DNA of 64,000 nucleotides from an uncultured virus (IMG/VR IMGVR_UViG_3300005326_000004) (IMGVR_UViG_3300005326_000004); one strand, 5' to 3'; numbered from the stretch's first letter, positions 11,124 through 21,194 are shown. A program made the numbers and translations. Notes: generated by a model from the sequence alone, not told the origin.

Positions 11124-11491
11124 TCATGATCGAACGTGCGATATGTTCCAGCAGTTTGCTGTACGGTAATCTTTACCCCGTAGTAGTTGGATAAATTACC
11201 AATGGCAATAGCCGGGATGGCTTGACCATCGTAATACGTTTCATTGCTTGTAAGTAAATACGTACCACCGCTCTTTATCTTCACATACGTTTTTACCGTA
11301 ACAGCATCCCCGGTAGTCATGTTGGTTAAATCAATCCAGCCACCTCCGAATTGGAACACATACGTAGTGGAAGATTTCTCAAAGAGTGTTTGTTCAGAAC
11401 CAGTCATCAACGTAGATGCTGATGCTGTATCCCTTTGCATAACCAAATTATCCACCTTGTAAATCAACATTGGTAATCTATGATCACTCAT
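11096..11491 (-). CDS. Hypothetical structural protein
   Basis: Tightly packed ORF in the head operon. Confidence 0.55.
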   Translation of the reverse strand: MSDHRLPMLIYKVDNLVMQRDTASASTLMTGSEQTLFEKSSTTYVFQFGGGWIDLTNMTTGDAVTVKTYVKIKSGGTYLLTSNETYYDGQAIPAIAIGNLSNYYGVKITVQQTAGTYRTFDHEWYVAERGS

Positions 11492-11847
11492 TGTCTATGA
11501 GCCCCCACTAATGCAACAATTGCCAACGTAGCCGCTGTACCACCAGCTTCACTTACAAAATACATACGCGCACGGTTGAGGATTCCCTCATAATGGAATC
11601 CATACGTACCATTTGCCGTGTATGTAAATGTCTCTTCCGCAGTAGCCAGATTAAAGAAATTCGTACCGTCAAGGGAACCCTCCACCCGTAGTACCACGTT
11701 TGTATCTATGGCTGCAACGGTAACGGCAAACGCTATGCTGTCGCAACCTGCCATACGTATTTCTTCCGAGGCACCAGGAGCGGAGAGGGAAGCAAGGGTA
11801 ATCTCTTTTCCTTGTAAGGCATAATAATAACCGACATATTCAGCCAT
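11488..11847 (-). CDS. Putative head decoration protein, paralog of 12331..12723
   Basis: Shares EGSLDG.N.F.L, YTA.GTY and E.GGTAAT with 12331..12723. Confidence 0.6.
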   Translation of the reverse strand: MAEYVGYYYALQGKEITLASLSAPGASEEIRMAGCDSIAFAVTVAAIDTNVVLRVEGSLDGTNFFNLATAEETFTYTANGTYGFHYEGILNRARMYFVSEAGGTAATLAIVALVGAHRQ

Positions 11848-11863
11848 TTCCCTCTCCCTTTAA

Positions 11864-12334
11864 TTAGACAGCAGCGATGGAAGCACCGCTTACATTGCGA
11901 ACAAAAGTCATGGTAATCACCAACGAACCAGTCCCAGTAGTATTACCAGCAACTGCTTTGATACCAACCTTTTTACCGACCTGTAAAGGATACCCGATGT
12001 CAACGGAAACAAAACCGCTTGCAGCAAAGACCGCATTGGTAAGGGAAACGTTCAAAGGGTACGTAGCATCATCTGTATAGATGATGGCTCCACCCGTATT
12101 TCCACCGGTAACAGTGGAGTCATTCTGCAACGTCACCCGTTTCAAAATCAATTCGCCAGTGGTGGAAGCCGCAGTGAGAAGCAGGCCCCCGGTTACAATT
12201 GTGGTTTTGTCCGTAATGGCTTTTTTGATGGAAAATTCAGTTCCAGCAATCGTAGGAAGAGCATCAACCAAACCATCCACAACGGCAAGATTGGCTACAA
12301 TTGTCGCATCGGAACTATGATCTAAATACCTCAT
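11864..12334 (-). CDS. Hypothetical structural protein
   Basis: Thr/Ala/Val-rich ORF in the operon. Confidence 0.55.
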   Translation of the reverse strand: MRYLDHSSDATIVANLAVVDGLVDALPTIAGTEFSIKKAITDKTTIVTGGLLLTAASTTGELILKRVTLQNDSTVTGGNTGGAIIYTDDATYPLNVSLTNAVFAASGFVSVDIGYPLQVGKKVGIKAVAGNTTGTGSLVITMTFVRNVSGASIAAV

Positions 12335-12723
12335 GGTCTATTCGCTCCTTTCGGACCAAAAATCTTTGCTACAACGTCAATCGTAGCCGCTGTACCACCC
12401 GTTTCAGTTTCAAAATAGAAACGGATGAAATTTATTTCTCCGGTTCCTTCCCATCTCAATGCATACGTTCCATCAGCCGTGTAGTTGATAGCATCATCAT
12501 CATTGGACAGATAGAACCAATTGATACCATCCAAAGAACCTTCAAGGATTATATCCACGCTGGTAGTCATACCAGCAATGGTAGCCACAAACAGGGCACT
12601 GCTCCAATACATGAGCCCATCATGTGACAACAATTCTATGTGATCGGTTCTTCCTGTAGCGGTCAATTGGGGAAACGTAATGATCGAATTGGAAGGAGCG
12701 TAATCCTGTGCTTTATACGGCAT
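12331..12723 (-). CDS. Putative head decoration protein, paralog of 11488..11847
   Basis: Shared motifs as above. Confidence 0.6.
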   Translation of the reverse strand: MPYKAQDYAPSNSIITFPQLTATGRTDHIELLSHDGLMYWSSALFVATIAGMTTSVDIILEGSLDGINWFYLSNDDDAINYTADGTYALRWEGTGEINFIRFYFETETGGTAATIDVVAKIFGPKGANRP

Positions 12724-12958
12724 TGTCTACGTCCTCTTTATTGGGAATTGCTTTCACTACCCCTTTTTTCACAACCGGAGCTTGGGCTTTACCATTGGGG
12801 GCTTTATCAAAAAGGTGTTTGACTTTCGCCAAAAGGTATTTACCCAATTCATCCGGTACTTCATGGGGATTCATTTCATACCGAAAACGGTACTTTTGTC
12901 CATTCCAAACCATTGTATACGTTTGCTCGGCAGGTATGGGCTTGAAATTGAGGAACAT
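12713..12958 (-). CDS. Small hypothetical protein
   Basis: RBS AAAGG; overlaps the next gene. Confidence 0.55.
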   Translation of the reverse strand: MFLNFKPIPAEQTYTMVWNGQKYRFRYEMNPHEVPDELGKYLLAKVKHLFDKAPNGKAQAPVVKKGVVKAIPNKEDVDNAV

Positions 12959-13028
12959 GAAATGACCTTTCTGGTTTTATAAGGAGGAGCTTATATAATG
13001 CTCCCCCTTATTCACGAACCACCACGGA

Positions 13029-14072
13029 TTAGTTTTCAGTGGTGGAAGCGAGGATCTGTACGTACTGATCACCTTTTTTGATGGTTGCACCGGTGGATGC
13101 TTCCAGAGCTTTTGCAAAGCCCTGCTCACCATCGGAAGTTCCCGCACCAGCGGACACAACAGCAACATCCGAACCGAGTTTGATACCATGTCCAATAGCA
13201 GCACCGGTATCATCACCACGAACGAGAACAATAGCCCCTTCCGTAGCAACCAGCACTTCACGAAGAACGGTATCAGTGGCAGCCCAACCAGTGGCAGGAT
13301 CACCAATGGCTTGACAAGCAATCCCAACAATGGAAATGTCACCAGCAGAGCCGGTAGTCACGCCAGGAGCAACGAAGTTGACAGCATCACCGGGAACAAT
13401 GGTAGTTCCGGTATTCGCCAGGAACGTACGCACGGGACCGATCACGGGACCAGTACCAACTGCAGCAGCATCACCAATACCGGTAATCAAATCGGTAGCG
13501 ATAATGTAATCCACCAGAACAACAGCACCCGCACTTGCTCCTCTACGATGCACGAACCGGAAACCATCAACGTTATTCCGCTGCTCACCAGAGATATCCA
13601 TGCACTGGAATTCCCAGGTAGTAGCAGTGGTATTGATGTTGAGGGCAATTTCATTACCCCACACGCCAGCGTTACGAATCTGGAACGTGTAGTTAGCCGC
13701 AGCAGTCCGAAGCGTGGTTGTATCATGGATGAACATGCAAACCCATCCGAATTCAGTCCAGTCTTCGCCTTGGGGTCTGTGGGCTTCATCCATCGTAAGC
13801 GTATCACCAGCGGTAGTAGTGGTATTTACGAGGGATACAGACCCATTACCTTCCCTGGCAGTACCGGAAGCAACACACGCAAAGTTGGTAGTACTACCAA
13901 CATCCCAATCATCAATACCTTCACAGTTGGAAATGAGGTGAATGGTGCTTCCCTGCGTAGCCCAGCGAAGCCGTTTCAACTCATCCTTGGACGGGGAGCC
14001 CAAGCGATCCTGTTCAGCACGGGAAAGCCAAGTTTTGGTTTTAATTTGCGGAAACCCGCCTCCACTTGCCAT
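13029..14072 (-). CDS. Capsid-associated (cement/fibre-like) protein
   Basis: Directly after the capsid gene; C-terminal TIVPGDAV...IVGIA...GFAKALEA resembles capsid cement proteins. Confidence 0.55.
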   Translation of the reverse strand: MASGGGFPQIKTKTWLSRAEQDRLGSPSKDELKRLRWATQGSTIHLISNCEGIDDWDVGSTTNFACVASGTAREGNGSVSLVNTTTTAGDTLTMDEAHRPQGEDWTEFGWVCMFIHDTTTLRTAAANYTFQIRNAGVWGNEIALNINTTATTWEFQCMDISGEQRNNVDGFRFVHRRGASAGAVVLVDYIIATDLITGIGDAAAVGTGPVIGPVRTFLANTGTTIVPGDAVNFVAPGVTTGSAGDISIVGIACQAIGDPATGWAATDTVLREVLVATEGAIVLVRGDDTGAAIGHGIKLGSDVAVVSAGAGTSDGEQGFAKALEASTGATIKKGDQYVQILASTTEN

Positions 14073-14160
14073 ATTGATATACTCCCTTTCTACAAATAAT
14101 GAAAAATGAAATGTACAAAGAACGTAAGTGGGCTACATTTGTTATAACCCACTTATTAAA

Positions 14161-15492
14161 TTACTTGGTAACGGCATACATCCAGCCAATCATCGGCTCG
14201 GTAGTCGTATTATACACGGACTTCCAAATACGTCTGGAAGTAGCGACCAGGTAGGAGACACCACGCTCGGGCTTGTCCACGCGCTGCATACGGAAGTCCC
14301 GCATGATACCACGCCAGAAACCGGGCTTGTAGACCAGAAGCATTTGAGTGGTATTGACCGTGGAACCATCGTAAATACCAGACGCATTCTGGTGCTCTTC
14401 CACATGAGCCGAAAGAACGATTTCAACACCATCAAAACTCTTGATCTCACCATTGAGAATGGTAGCCGCTCCACCAATTTTGTCCATCGTGAGAACTTCG
14501 GAGATGTTCTTCATCTTGGCGTACATATTGGTGTTCATGATATACATGAGATCGGAGGAGTTCAGACCGTAAATACCCATGTCCTCACGGATACCACGGA
14601 TAAGACCGGTAGCAGTGGCAGCAGCCCAAGTGCTTCCACTCTGTTTCAGACCAGATTGGCACATATCACGGAGACCATCCCAAGCCCTACGAGGATCATC
14701 AGCGGCAACGGTGTAACCGGTATCAAGGTGAGTAGTCGTGGTATCACCGTTGATAATGGCATTGTCTTCCGCTTTCGCGTGTGCGCGAGCGATGGACCGT
14801 TTGAGCATGGGGAGAACAGGAACAATACTGTCTTCTTCCATTTCCTCGGTAATGACGTTACGGGAAATAAGCTTCTTGGCAGCGAAGGTAAGCTGTCCAG
14901 TGGTAGCCGTGGACGCTTTGTACATATCCGGAGTGTCCGTTGTGGGCTCCGTACCAATGTACGCTTCACCATCAGCAAGAAGCATCGGGAACGTATACGG
15001 GGAAGAAGGCATGGTGAACGACTGGAACTTGGAAGCTACAACGGCTTCCAACTGAACCAATTCGATCAACTGCGAGGAGAACCCTTCGGGAACCCAATCA
15101 GCACCAGCACCGGAGGTAACCGTATTGAGGGCTTTCGCCAATTCGGACCAACGCGCCTGATAATTGGAATAGGACTTGAGCTGAAACGGGGAAACGTTCA
15201 GGGCTTTGGTAAGGATGTGTATATCATCATTCCAATCCTGGAGTTTCTTGGCGACTTCGTCCTGTCCCGCAGGTTCGTACAACTTTTTCTCGATGTTGAA
15301 GATGTCCATCGGGGAAAGCTGCTCACCCCAGGGGGCTATACGACTGTTGGACTTGGCAATAAGATCTTTTACGGTATTATTGATGAGGGCTTTCATCGTG
15401 TTCTCATCCTTAATAAACCCGTATTGATCACGAAGAACTGCTCCCAACGCTTTTCCCAGTTCTTCCAGTTCAAGGGCAGAAAGATTTTTCAT
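14161..15492 (-). CDS. Major capsid protein (HK97 fold)
   Basis: GADWVPEGFSSQLI, AAKKL...ITEEMEEDS and AEDNAIINGD motifs. Start moved to the ATG at 15492 after AAGGAG. Confidence 0.9.
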   Translation of the reverse strand: MKNLSALELEELGKALGAVLRDQYGFIKDENTMKALINNTVKDLIAKSNSRIAPWGEQLSPMDIFNIEKKLYEPAGQDEVAKKLQDWNDDIHILTKALNVSPFQLKSYSNYQARWSELAKALNTVTSGAGADWVPEGFSSQLIELVQLEAVVASKFQSFTMPSSPYTFPMLLADGEAYIGTEPTTDTPDMYKASTATTGQLTFAAKKLISRNVITEEMEEDSIVPVLPMLKRSIARAHAKAEDNAIINGDTTTTHLDTGYTVAADDPRRAWDGLRDMCQSGLKQSGSTWAAATATGLIRGIREDMGIYGLNSSDLMYIMNTNMYAKMKNISEVLTMDKIGGAATILNGEIKSFDGVEIVLSAHVEEHQNASGIYDGSTVNTTQMLLVYKPGFWRGIMRDFRMQRVDKPERGVSYLVATSRRIWKSVYNTTTEPMIGWMYAVTK

Positions 15493-15535
15493 ACCGAACG
15501 TGCTCCTTCTTTGTTTTATTTGATGTGGGGCTGTA

Positions 15536-16048
15536 TTACTTCTTTTCGAGGATCTTGGAAACTGCTTCCGCAATTGCGTTGATCATGGTTTCGGACTGTT
15601 GGTTGTCTTTGTTTTCCGAAGTGGTCATAGCCGACTTCAACCCTTTGGCAATGTTGGCATTGATCTCTTCCGGAGTGAGCGTCTTTTTCGTACTCTCACC
15701 TTCGTGGTTCTGTTCATCCAATGCACCCGCACCTTCCAACAAATACGAAAGTGCTTGATGCATTGCACGAAGCTGCGCGGTAGTGGCAGAACTGAACTTG
15801 GCTCCAACCTTCGCAAGTTCTTCCTTGGTAGGTTCAAGCGCTTTGATACGGGCATCCTGGGAATCCAAACGGATAACCATATCATTCAAATGCTTTTCAA
15901 TCTTTTCAAGTACTTCCTTCATTTCCGTACCCCCTTCATCGTTTTTGACCACAAGAAATTTTCGCATGTTTGCCGGAGTATCCACAACGGATACTTCGTG
16001 TGTATCAATATTAAACAAGCGTCGTTTAGCTTTCGAGTTTAATAGCAT
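15536..16048 (-). CDS. Scaffold-like protein carrying the protease-type EVSVVDTPAN motif
   Basis: RRLFNIDTHEVSVVDTPAN followed by a coiled-coil region; lies between protease and capsid. Confidence 0.6.
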   Translation of the reverse strand: MLLNSKAKRRLFNIDTHEVSVVDTPANMRKFLVVKNDEGGTEMKEVLEKIEKHLNDMVIRLDSQDARIKALEPTKEELAKVGAKFSSATTAQLRAMHQALSYLLEGAGALDEQNHEGESTKKTLTPEEINANIAKGLKSAMTTSENKDNQQSETMINAIAEAVSKILEKK

Positions 16049-16697
16049 TGGATTTCCCCCTTATTGAATAACCATTGATTTGCTTTTCTTTAACCCCTTT
16101 CCATATTTCTTCATCAAGGAATAAAGTACTCATTAACCAACTACCCTTTTTGACGACTTCCCCGTTTATGGTCATATCCACGGGAGCAATGTACGATTCC
16201 ACAATCTTCATCTTCGCACTGCCATACGTTTTATGCATCCAACCGTTACCCTGCCCGTAATAGTTGGACAAAAACGAATGAGCCGTCTTCCTAACTTCTT
16301 CTTCTGAAAAAATATCCCCTTGTCCGTCAACGGTTTCAGGTTCAAGAACGATTCCGGTTGCTATCCGAAGTTCTTCACCTTTTTTAATCGTTGTATCACC
16401 AATAACAAAATCATCCGGACTAATGTAAGATTCATGGGATAAAAATTTACCAACAACTTCAAAGTCCGCTTCATCATTCCCTTCTTCGTTGGTCTTCAAG
16501 GAATCAATACCCAAATCAATACGTTTTTCGGTTTTGCTTTGGAACATCCCATAACACTTACCCTGGGCTTGCTTCTTGTCCAAACCCTCCGCCTTCATAA
16601 CATACGGGATACAACGAGCCATGTAGTCCTGCTCGGATTCACCGGACTTTACGGATGGCTTGGATATATCCGTTGTTATAATATTGATCTTGTTCAC
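16026..16697 (-). CDS. XkdF-like prohead serine protease
   Basis: GIVLEPETVDGQGD, MH, VESYIAPVD, KKGSWL and INGYSIRG motifs. Confidence 0.8.
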   Translation of the reverse strand: MNKINIITTDISKPSVKSGESEQDYMARCIPYVMKAEGLDKKQAQGKCYGMFQSKTEKRIDLGIDSLKTNEEGNDEADFEVVGKFLSHESYISPDDFVIGDTTIKKGEELRIATGIVLEPETVDGQGDIFSEEEVRKTAHSFLSNYYGQGNGWMHKTYGSAKMKIVESYIAPVDMTINGEVVKKGSWLMSTLFLDEEIWKGVKEKQINGYSIRGKSNAIKLES

Positions 16698-17003
16698 TTA
16701 CCCCTCACTTTCAAATATTTCACCCGCACGTACACGGGAACCGGAAAACGCATATTTCAAATTGTCCAGGAATAGCAACCCTTGATTGAGACGGTACTTC
16801 TTTCGATTCTTACCCACAATAAACGAACCTTTTTCATCCGTATACAGTAACTTGTCTAATGAGAAAACCTCTATCATTTCGGGTACAACAATCCTGTCAC
16901 CTTCATACAATTTGAACCGTGCAAACGTATGCACATTGCCATCACTATCAAGTCGTTTTATGTCCACATAATAAAAACGCACCGTGTCAATTCTCCGATT
17001 CAT
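16698..17003 (-). CDS. Small hypothetical protein (candidate immunity partner of the MuF-kinase)
   Basis: Overlaps the 3' end of the MuF gene; function inferred from position only. Confidence 0.5.
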   Translation of the reverse strand: MNRRIDTVRFYYVDIKRLDSDGNVHTFARFKLYEGDRIVVPEMIEVFSLDKLLYTDEKGSFIVGKNRKKYRLNQGLLFLDNLKYAFSGSRVRAGEIFESEG

Positions 17004-18648
17004 CAGCTATCATTTGTTCCAAAACTACAACACTTGTACCCGCAGGAGCAACGGCATATGCCAATTTGTTATCTGAAAATATTTCACTCAATGACTTATC
17101 CTGGTTCTTCATCAATACCAGAAGTTTACGAAGTACAATAGAATATTCATTTTCAGACAACAAACCCGAATCAAACAATACGGAATGTAATGCTTCAACG
17201 GTGGCTTTGTTGAATCCCTTTATGATCATTGAAATTTCTGGAGTAATCTTTTCCCCAGGTATTGGAGGGAATTGCGTATACCTATCAAACATGAATGGTT
17301 CATCTTTGAATGAATACCCATGATCAATAAGGGCTATTTTCCCATCCTTCGTAATGATAACATTACCTTCATTCCGATCACTGTTGCTAATAATGTAATC
17401 AAACAAAGTCAACTTTTGTCGTTCTGTTATGGGTAAACTGGTTAAATCTTCCCCGGAGCGGATACGGTTATTAATGAGATAGGAAATGAAATCATCCCCT
17501 TCTTCCCACTTTTGTGCACTACCGATCCTATCATCAATGGTTCTATGCACCGTTACAGGTACACGATTTATACCAAGGATTCTATCCACTTCGTAAGCAG
17601 CGACTTCTTTATTGTCAACATCCCCCATAATTGGGGATCTTGGCTTCCACACTGCTTTTTTACCCGAAGCCGTTATCATGATATGACCTTCGGTAGAACC
17701 CCCTTCCAATTTGGTGAATGAAGAAATTGATTCGTTTTTGAGAATATCCTCCATCACCAAATCCTCACCCGTCTTCATTGATACGCTACTTGGGGCTATT
17801 GTATCGGGGACTTCCTCAACCGTGGATTCGTAATAACTGGTATACGGTTTATTCAAATTACCAGCAGGTATTGTACTTTCAATGGGTTTACGTCCGATCA
17901 CAGCAGCCACACCACAACGGCAATTCATAATATTATCGGGTTTCCCTTTGGCATCTCCTGGATAAAGTAATAATTCACCATGCACGAAAAACGAACCGAT
18001 CAAAGGGCGTTCCTGTCCATTCACTACCAAGTGCCAAGGGCGAACATTCCCCATTAAATTGACTACCCACTTTTTCCCGGTGGCTACACCTGACTTTGCA
18101 TACCCCATCAACGAACCATCATTGAATACCCGTGTAGCCATTGTGGCAGCGGCATTCCTTGCTCTACCACGGGATGTATCCTTCAACGCTTTCAATCGTT
18201 GAGTCAATGCAAGCGTATCCTCCCCGGCTTTCCTGGATTCTGATATGGTATTTGAAATTGTTTCGTATATACCACCAGCCATCTTCTTTGTTGGTTCAGC
18301 AACATGGTTAATGATGATCACGGATGGACCAGGTAACCCAACATGAAGCACATCCTTCAAACCCAAAGGACGGGAATTCTTCCCTTTCTCAATACCTTTA
18401 ACGAATGGTAGCTTTTTACCATATTTCTGTTGCACTTCATTCATACCACGAAGCACACCCGCATAATAAGTATTCACAGTTAACTGTGTTGTAGTTTTAC
18501 GTATTGCGTTTTCAATGAACGTTAGATCAGGTACACCCTTGATCTCAATTGCTTTTTCGTATATACGATTGAATGCAGTTACATAACCCTTGTACAAACG
18601 CTTATCGCTGATTACCCGTTTATTCCAATATGGTCTATATTCATTCAT
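16987..18648 (-). CDS. MuF (SPP1 gp7-like) head protein fused to a PI3/4-kinase/HipA-like domain
   Basis: MuF: KKW...VRPWH...YPGD...NCRC. Kinase: AVWKP, EVAAY, FDYIISNSDRNEGN, LIDHGYSF. Start at the ATG at 18648. Confidence 0.8.
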   Translation of the reverse strand: MNEYRPYWNKRVISDKRLYKGYVTAFNRIYEKAIEIKGVPDLTFIENAIRKTTTQLTVNTYYAGVLRGMNEVQQKYGKKLPFVKGIEKGKNSRPLGLKDVLHVGLPGPSVIIINHVAEPTKKMAGGIYETISNTISESRKAGEDTLALTQRLKALKDTSRGRARNAAATMATRVFNDGSLMGYAKSGVATGKKWVVNLMGNVRPWHLVVNGQERPLIGSFFVHGELLLYPGDAKGKPDNIMNCRCGVAAVIGRKPIESTIPAGNLNKPYTSYYESTVEEVPDTIAPSSVSMKTGEDLVMEDILKNESISSFTKLEGGSTEGHIMITASGKKAVWKPRSPIMGDVDNKEVAAYEVDRILGINRVPVTVHRTIDDRIGSAQKWEEGDDFISYLINNRIRSGEDLTSLPITERQKLTLFDYIISNSDRNEGNVIITKDGKIALIDHGYSFKDEPFMFDRYTQFPPIPGEKITPEISMIIKGFNKATVEALHSVLFDSGLLSENEYSIVLRKLLVLMKNQDKSLSEIFSDNKLAYAVAPAGTSVVVLEQMIADESEN

Positions 18649-18658
18649 CGTATCATCG

Positions 18659-18790
18659 TTCCGGCCTGGGGAAGTAGTCACCTCTGCTACTCCCCCCGGA
18701 CCTAATTGTTTCGATTAATCAATTACCTCGCTCCACCCCTACCCTTCCGAATGGACAGGCCGAAGTCGCCTGTGTGACTGGGGCAGTCAC
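18659..18790 (-). ncRNA. Candidate structured RNA (several hairpins) upstream of the MuF gene
   Basis: On the minus strand: GTGACTG/CAGTCAC, ACAGGC/GCCTGT, TAATTG/CAATTA and GGGGAGTAG/CTACTTCCC stems in a GC-rich intergenic gap. Confidence 0.4.
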
Positions 18791-18793
18791 AAT

Positions 18794-19090
18794 TTATACA
18801 ACCGGGGGATTCTCCCCTTCCCCTTCGGCTACGCTTTTATCATCGTAATCCAATCCAGTTTCAAAACCACTCTGGAGAGCCCAAATCTTGGATTCGATGA
18901 TTTCCTCGATGGAATCCCATTTGTCAGGGAGCTTGTCCTTGGCGTTATCGGTAACGAACATACCGCCTCTACGTCCAAGTTCAAACAACGTTTCTTCCTT
19001 GATCTGATCATTGATCAATTTAAGGAAAATGTCAATGGCAACATTCATAAGAATACTTTTGAACGGAGCAACGATTTCTTCCAATACCAT
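18794..19090 (-). CDS. Hypothetical protein
   Basis: 98-aa ORF with a purine-rich RBS. Confidence 0.6.
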   Translation of the reverse strand: MVLEEIVAPFKSILMNVAIDIFLKLINDQIKEETLFELGRRGGMFVTDNAKDKLPDKWDSIEEIIESKIWALQSGFETGLDYDDKSVAEGEGENPPVV

Positions 19091-19104
19091 GTTCTACCCC
19101 TTTG

Positions 19105-20463
19105 TTACGCTGCGAACAGCCATATCTCATCTTCAAGCAAAGCTTTATCATAATCCAACGGGGCTTTGCCTGTACACGTTACAACGGAATTACCATCCAC
19201 GATTGCTTTTATACGTTCGATCTTTGAAGTGTTACCATCTCCTATTGCACGTAAGGTGCTTGTACCATGAATCTTGCTACGTACACGGACATGTACAACC
19301 AACGACTCCGGGGGTTTTGTGAATTCAGGAATAAGCGGCTTGCCATAATTCTTGGCTTGGCTTTCGGGCTCCAACGCATTATTTACGTCAACGATACTAC
19401 CCGATATGGTACTTGTACCAGCAACACTACTACGTATATACGATGGTCCATTGAATTCCGTGGTGCTCGTACCCGTAACGGCAACTTGCAATACACCCTT
19501 ACCAACAATGGTTGATGTAACGGATGAAGTACCAGAAATGTTGCTTTGTATTTGGGTAGCCCCAACTTGACACGTACCCGCTATGGTGGATGTATTGGTT
19601 ATGGTGGCTTGTAGTTCACCCGCACCTTCCACATATCCATTTATCGTAGCAACATTACTTGAACTTCCATCTAATACACCAGCACCAACGGTTGTACCCG
19701 ATACGGTTGCTACCCCGTTGATTGTAGCAGCTATGCTTTGCTCATCCCGAACAGTAGCACTTAATGCACCACTACCAGCAATGGCTGTTTGTAATTCACC
19801 CGCACCAACAAGATCATCTACTACGGAAACAGTACCCGCAATATCAACATTCAATACACCCTTACCAACAGCAAAGGGATTGATGGTGGAAGTACCCGCA
19901 ATATCCGAATCCGCAACACCCTTACCAACAATATTGCTTGTTACTGTGGTGGATGCTGTAATGGCACTGGCGAGAATACCCTTTACCGTACTGGTAACGG
20001 TTAATGAACCACTACCCGCTATTGTGGTCCGTAATTCCCCAACGCCAATTGTATCAGCAGCGATTGTAGGAACGTTTGTGATCGAACTTACAATTACACC
20101 ACTGGCTTCCAAATTGGATGTACTGGAAGCAACGGCTGTAACACTTGCAACAAGAACACCACTTGATTCCAAATTGGATGTTACGGTGGATGTTCCTGTA
20201 ATGCTGGATTGTGATTCACCCGCACCAACAAGATCACTCGTTATTGTAGGAGTTGCTGTAACACTTGCAACAGCAACACCCTTTGCTTTCAAATCCGCAG
20301 TAATGGAAGCAACGTTTGTGATCGAACTACCAAGTATACCCTTACCAACGGTATTGGCTGTAATGGTGGAACTACCCGTAATTGCAGCTGCTATGCTGGG
20401 GTAATTCTCCGGTAAACCCCTATCGGGAATACCTCTACTTGGTAAACTTCTTTTCACATCCAT
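19105..20463 (-). CDS. Fibre-like protein with 20-aa tandem repeats
   Basis: Repeats such as VGKGILGSSITNVASITADL and VGAGESQSSITGTSTVTSNL. Confidence 0.65.
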   Translation of the reverse strand: MDVKRSLPSRGIPDRGLPENYPSIAAAITGSSTITANTVGKGILGSSITNVASITADLKAKGVAVASVTATPTITSDLVGAGESQSSITGTSTVTSNLESSGVLVASVTAVASSTSNLEASGVIVSSITNVPTIAADTIGVGELRTTIAGSGSLTVTSTVKGILASAITASTTVTSNIVGKGVADSDIAGTSTINPFAVGKGVLNVDIAGTVSVVDDLVGAGELQTAIAGSGALSATVRDEQSIAATINGVATVSGTTVGAGVLDGSSSNVATINGYVEGAGELQATITNTSTIAGTCQVGATQIQSNISGTSSVTSTIVGKGVLQVAVTGTSTTEFNGPSYIRSSVAGTSTISGSIVDVNNALEPESQAKNYGKPLIPEFTKPPESLVVHVRVRSKIHGTSTLRAIGDGNTSKIERIKAIVDGNSVVTCTGKAPLDYDKALLEDEIWLFAA

Positions 20464-21194
20464 TACGTGAGTGTCCTTGTCACGGCACTACGATTACCAT
20501 TTGCATCCACGGTAAGAACCAATCTATCTGCATCGTCTGCAATATTCCGATACGTGATTGTAGACGTACCACCACCGGAAGCTTTGCCACATGCGAACGC
20601 GAGCAATGCACGGCATGCTTGAGCAATCGTAACCGTACCCTCCACGGCTCCAGCCATGATGGAAGAAACGGCGCTTGCGCCGATTGTTTTAGCATTAACG
20701 TCCAATGTACCGGATAGGTCCTGAGCGTCCGTTGAAAGCAGGATCTTGTGGTCAGTACCTTTTGCCGTTTCAATGATCAATTCCAAATTATCGGCAGCGG
20801 TTGCATCGGTACTTATCTGTACCATGTTGACTCCTAATTGAGCCGTGGTAGTGGATACCGCTGAACCGGCAATGTTTACCAAATTGGCATTTTGATTTGT
20901 GGTATTGATCAAAATTGTTTGTGTCAATGCTCCAGTGGTGGATGATTTTATCTGGATAACAATATAATCATGGTTCATTTCTGCTTGAGTAATGGACAGG
21001 TAGTATATACCCGTTGTCCCGATTTCCGTTGCTTCATTCGTGCAATCCGTGAATGTTGCTTGTGGGGCATTCCCATCATCCCAATAATTCAACTCGGAAT
21101 CTAACCCGGCTGCGCTGGTTATGTACGTACCATCATTTTTCTGTATGGGAAACGTAACGTAAGTTGCTAAATTCTTTGTACGCCGTAATTCCAT
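20463..21194 (-). CDS. Putative structural protein
   Basis: C-terminus RLVLTVDANGNRSAVT; tightly packed with its neighbours. Confidence 0.55.
   Translation of the reverse strand: MELRRTKNLATYVTFPIQKNDGTYITSAAGLDSELNYWDDGNAPQATFTDCTNEATEIGTTGIYYLSITQAEMNHDYIVIQIKSSTTGALTQTILINTTNQNANLVNIAGSAVSTTTAQLGVNMVQISTDATAADNLELIIETAKGTDHKILLSTDAQDLSGTLDVNAKTIGASAVSSIMAGAVEGTVTIAQACRALLAFACGKASGGGTSTITYRNIADDADRLVLTVDANGNRSAVTRTLT

Noticed and set aside
14128..15582. 484-aa plus-strand ORF and similar long antisense ORFs (13188..14099, 19583..20404, 57287..57784)
   Set aside because: They are shadows of clear minus-strand genes and have no recognisable motifs.
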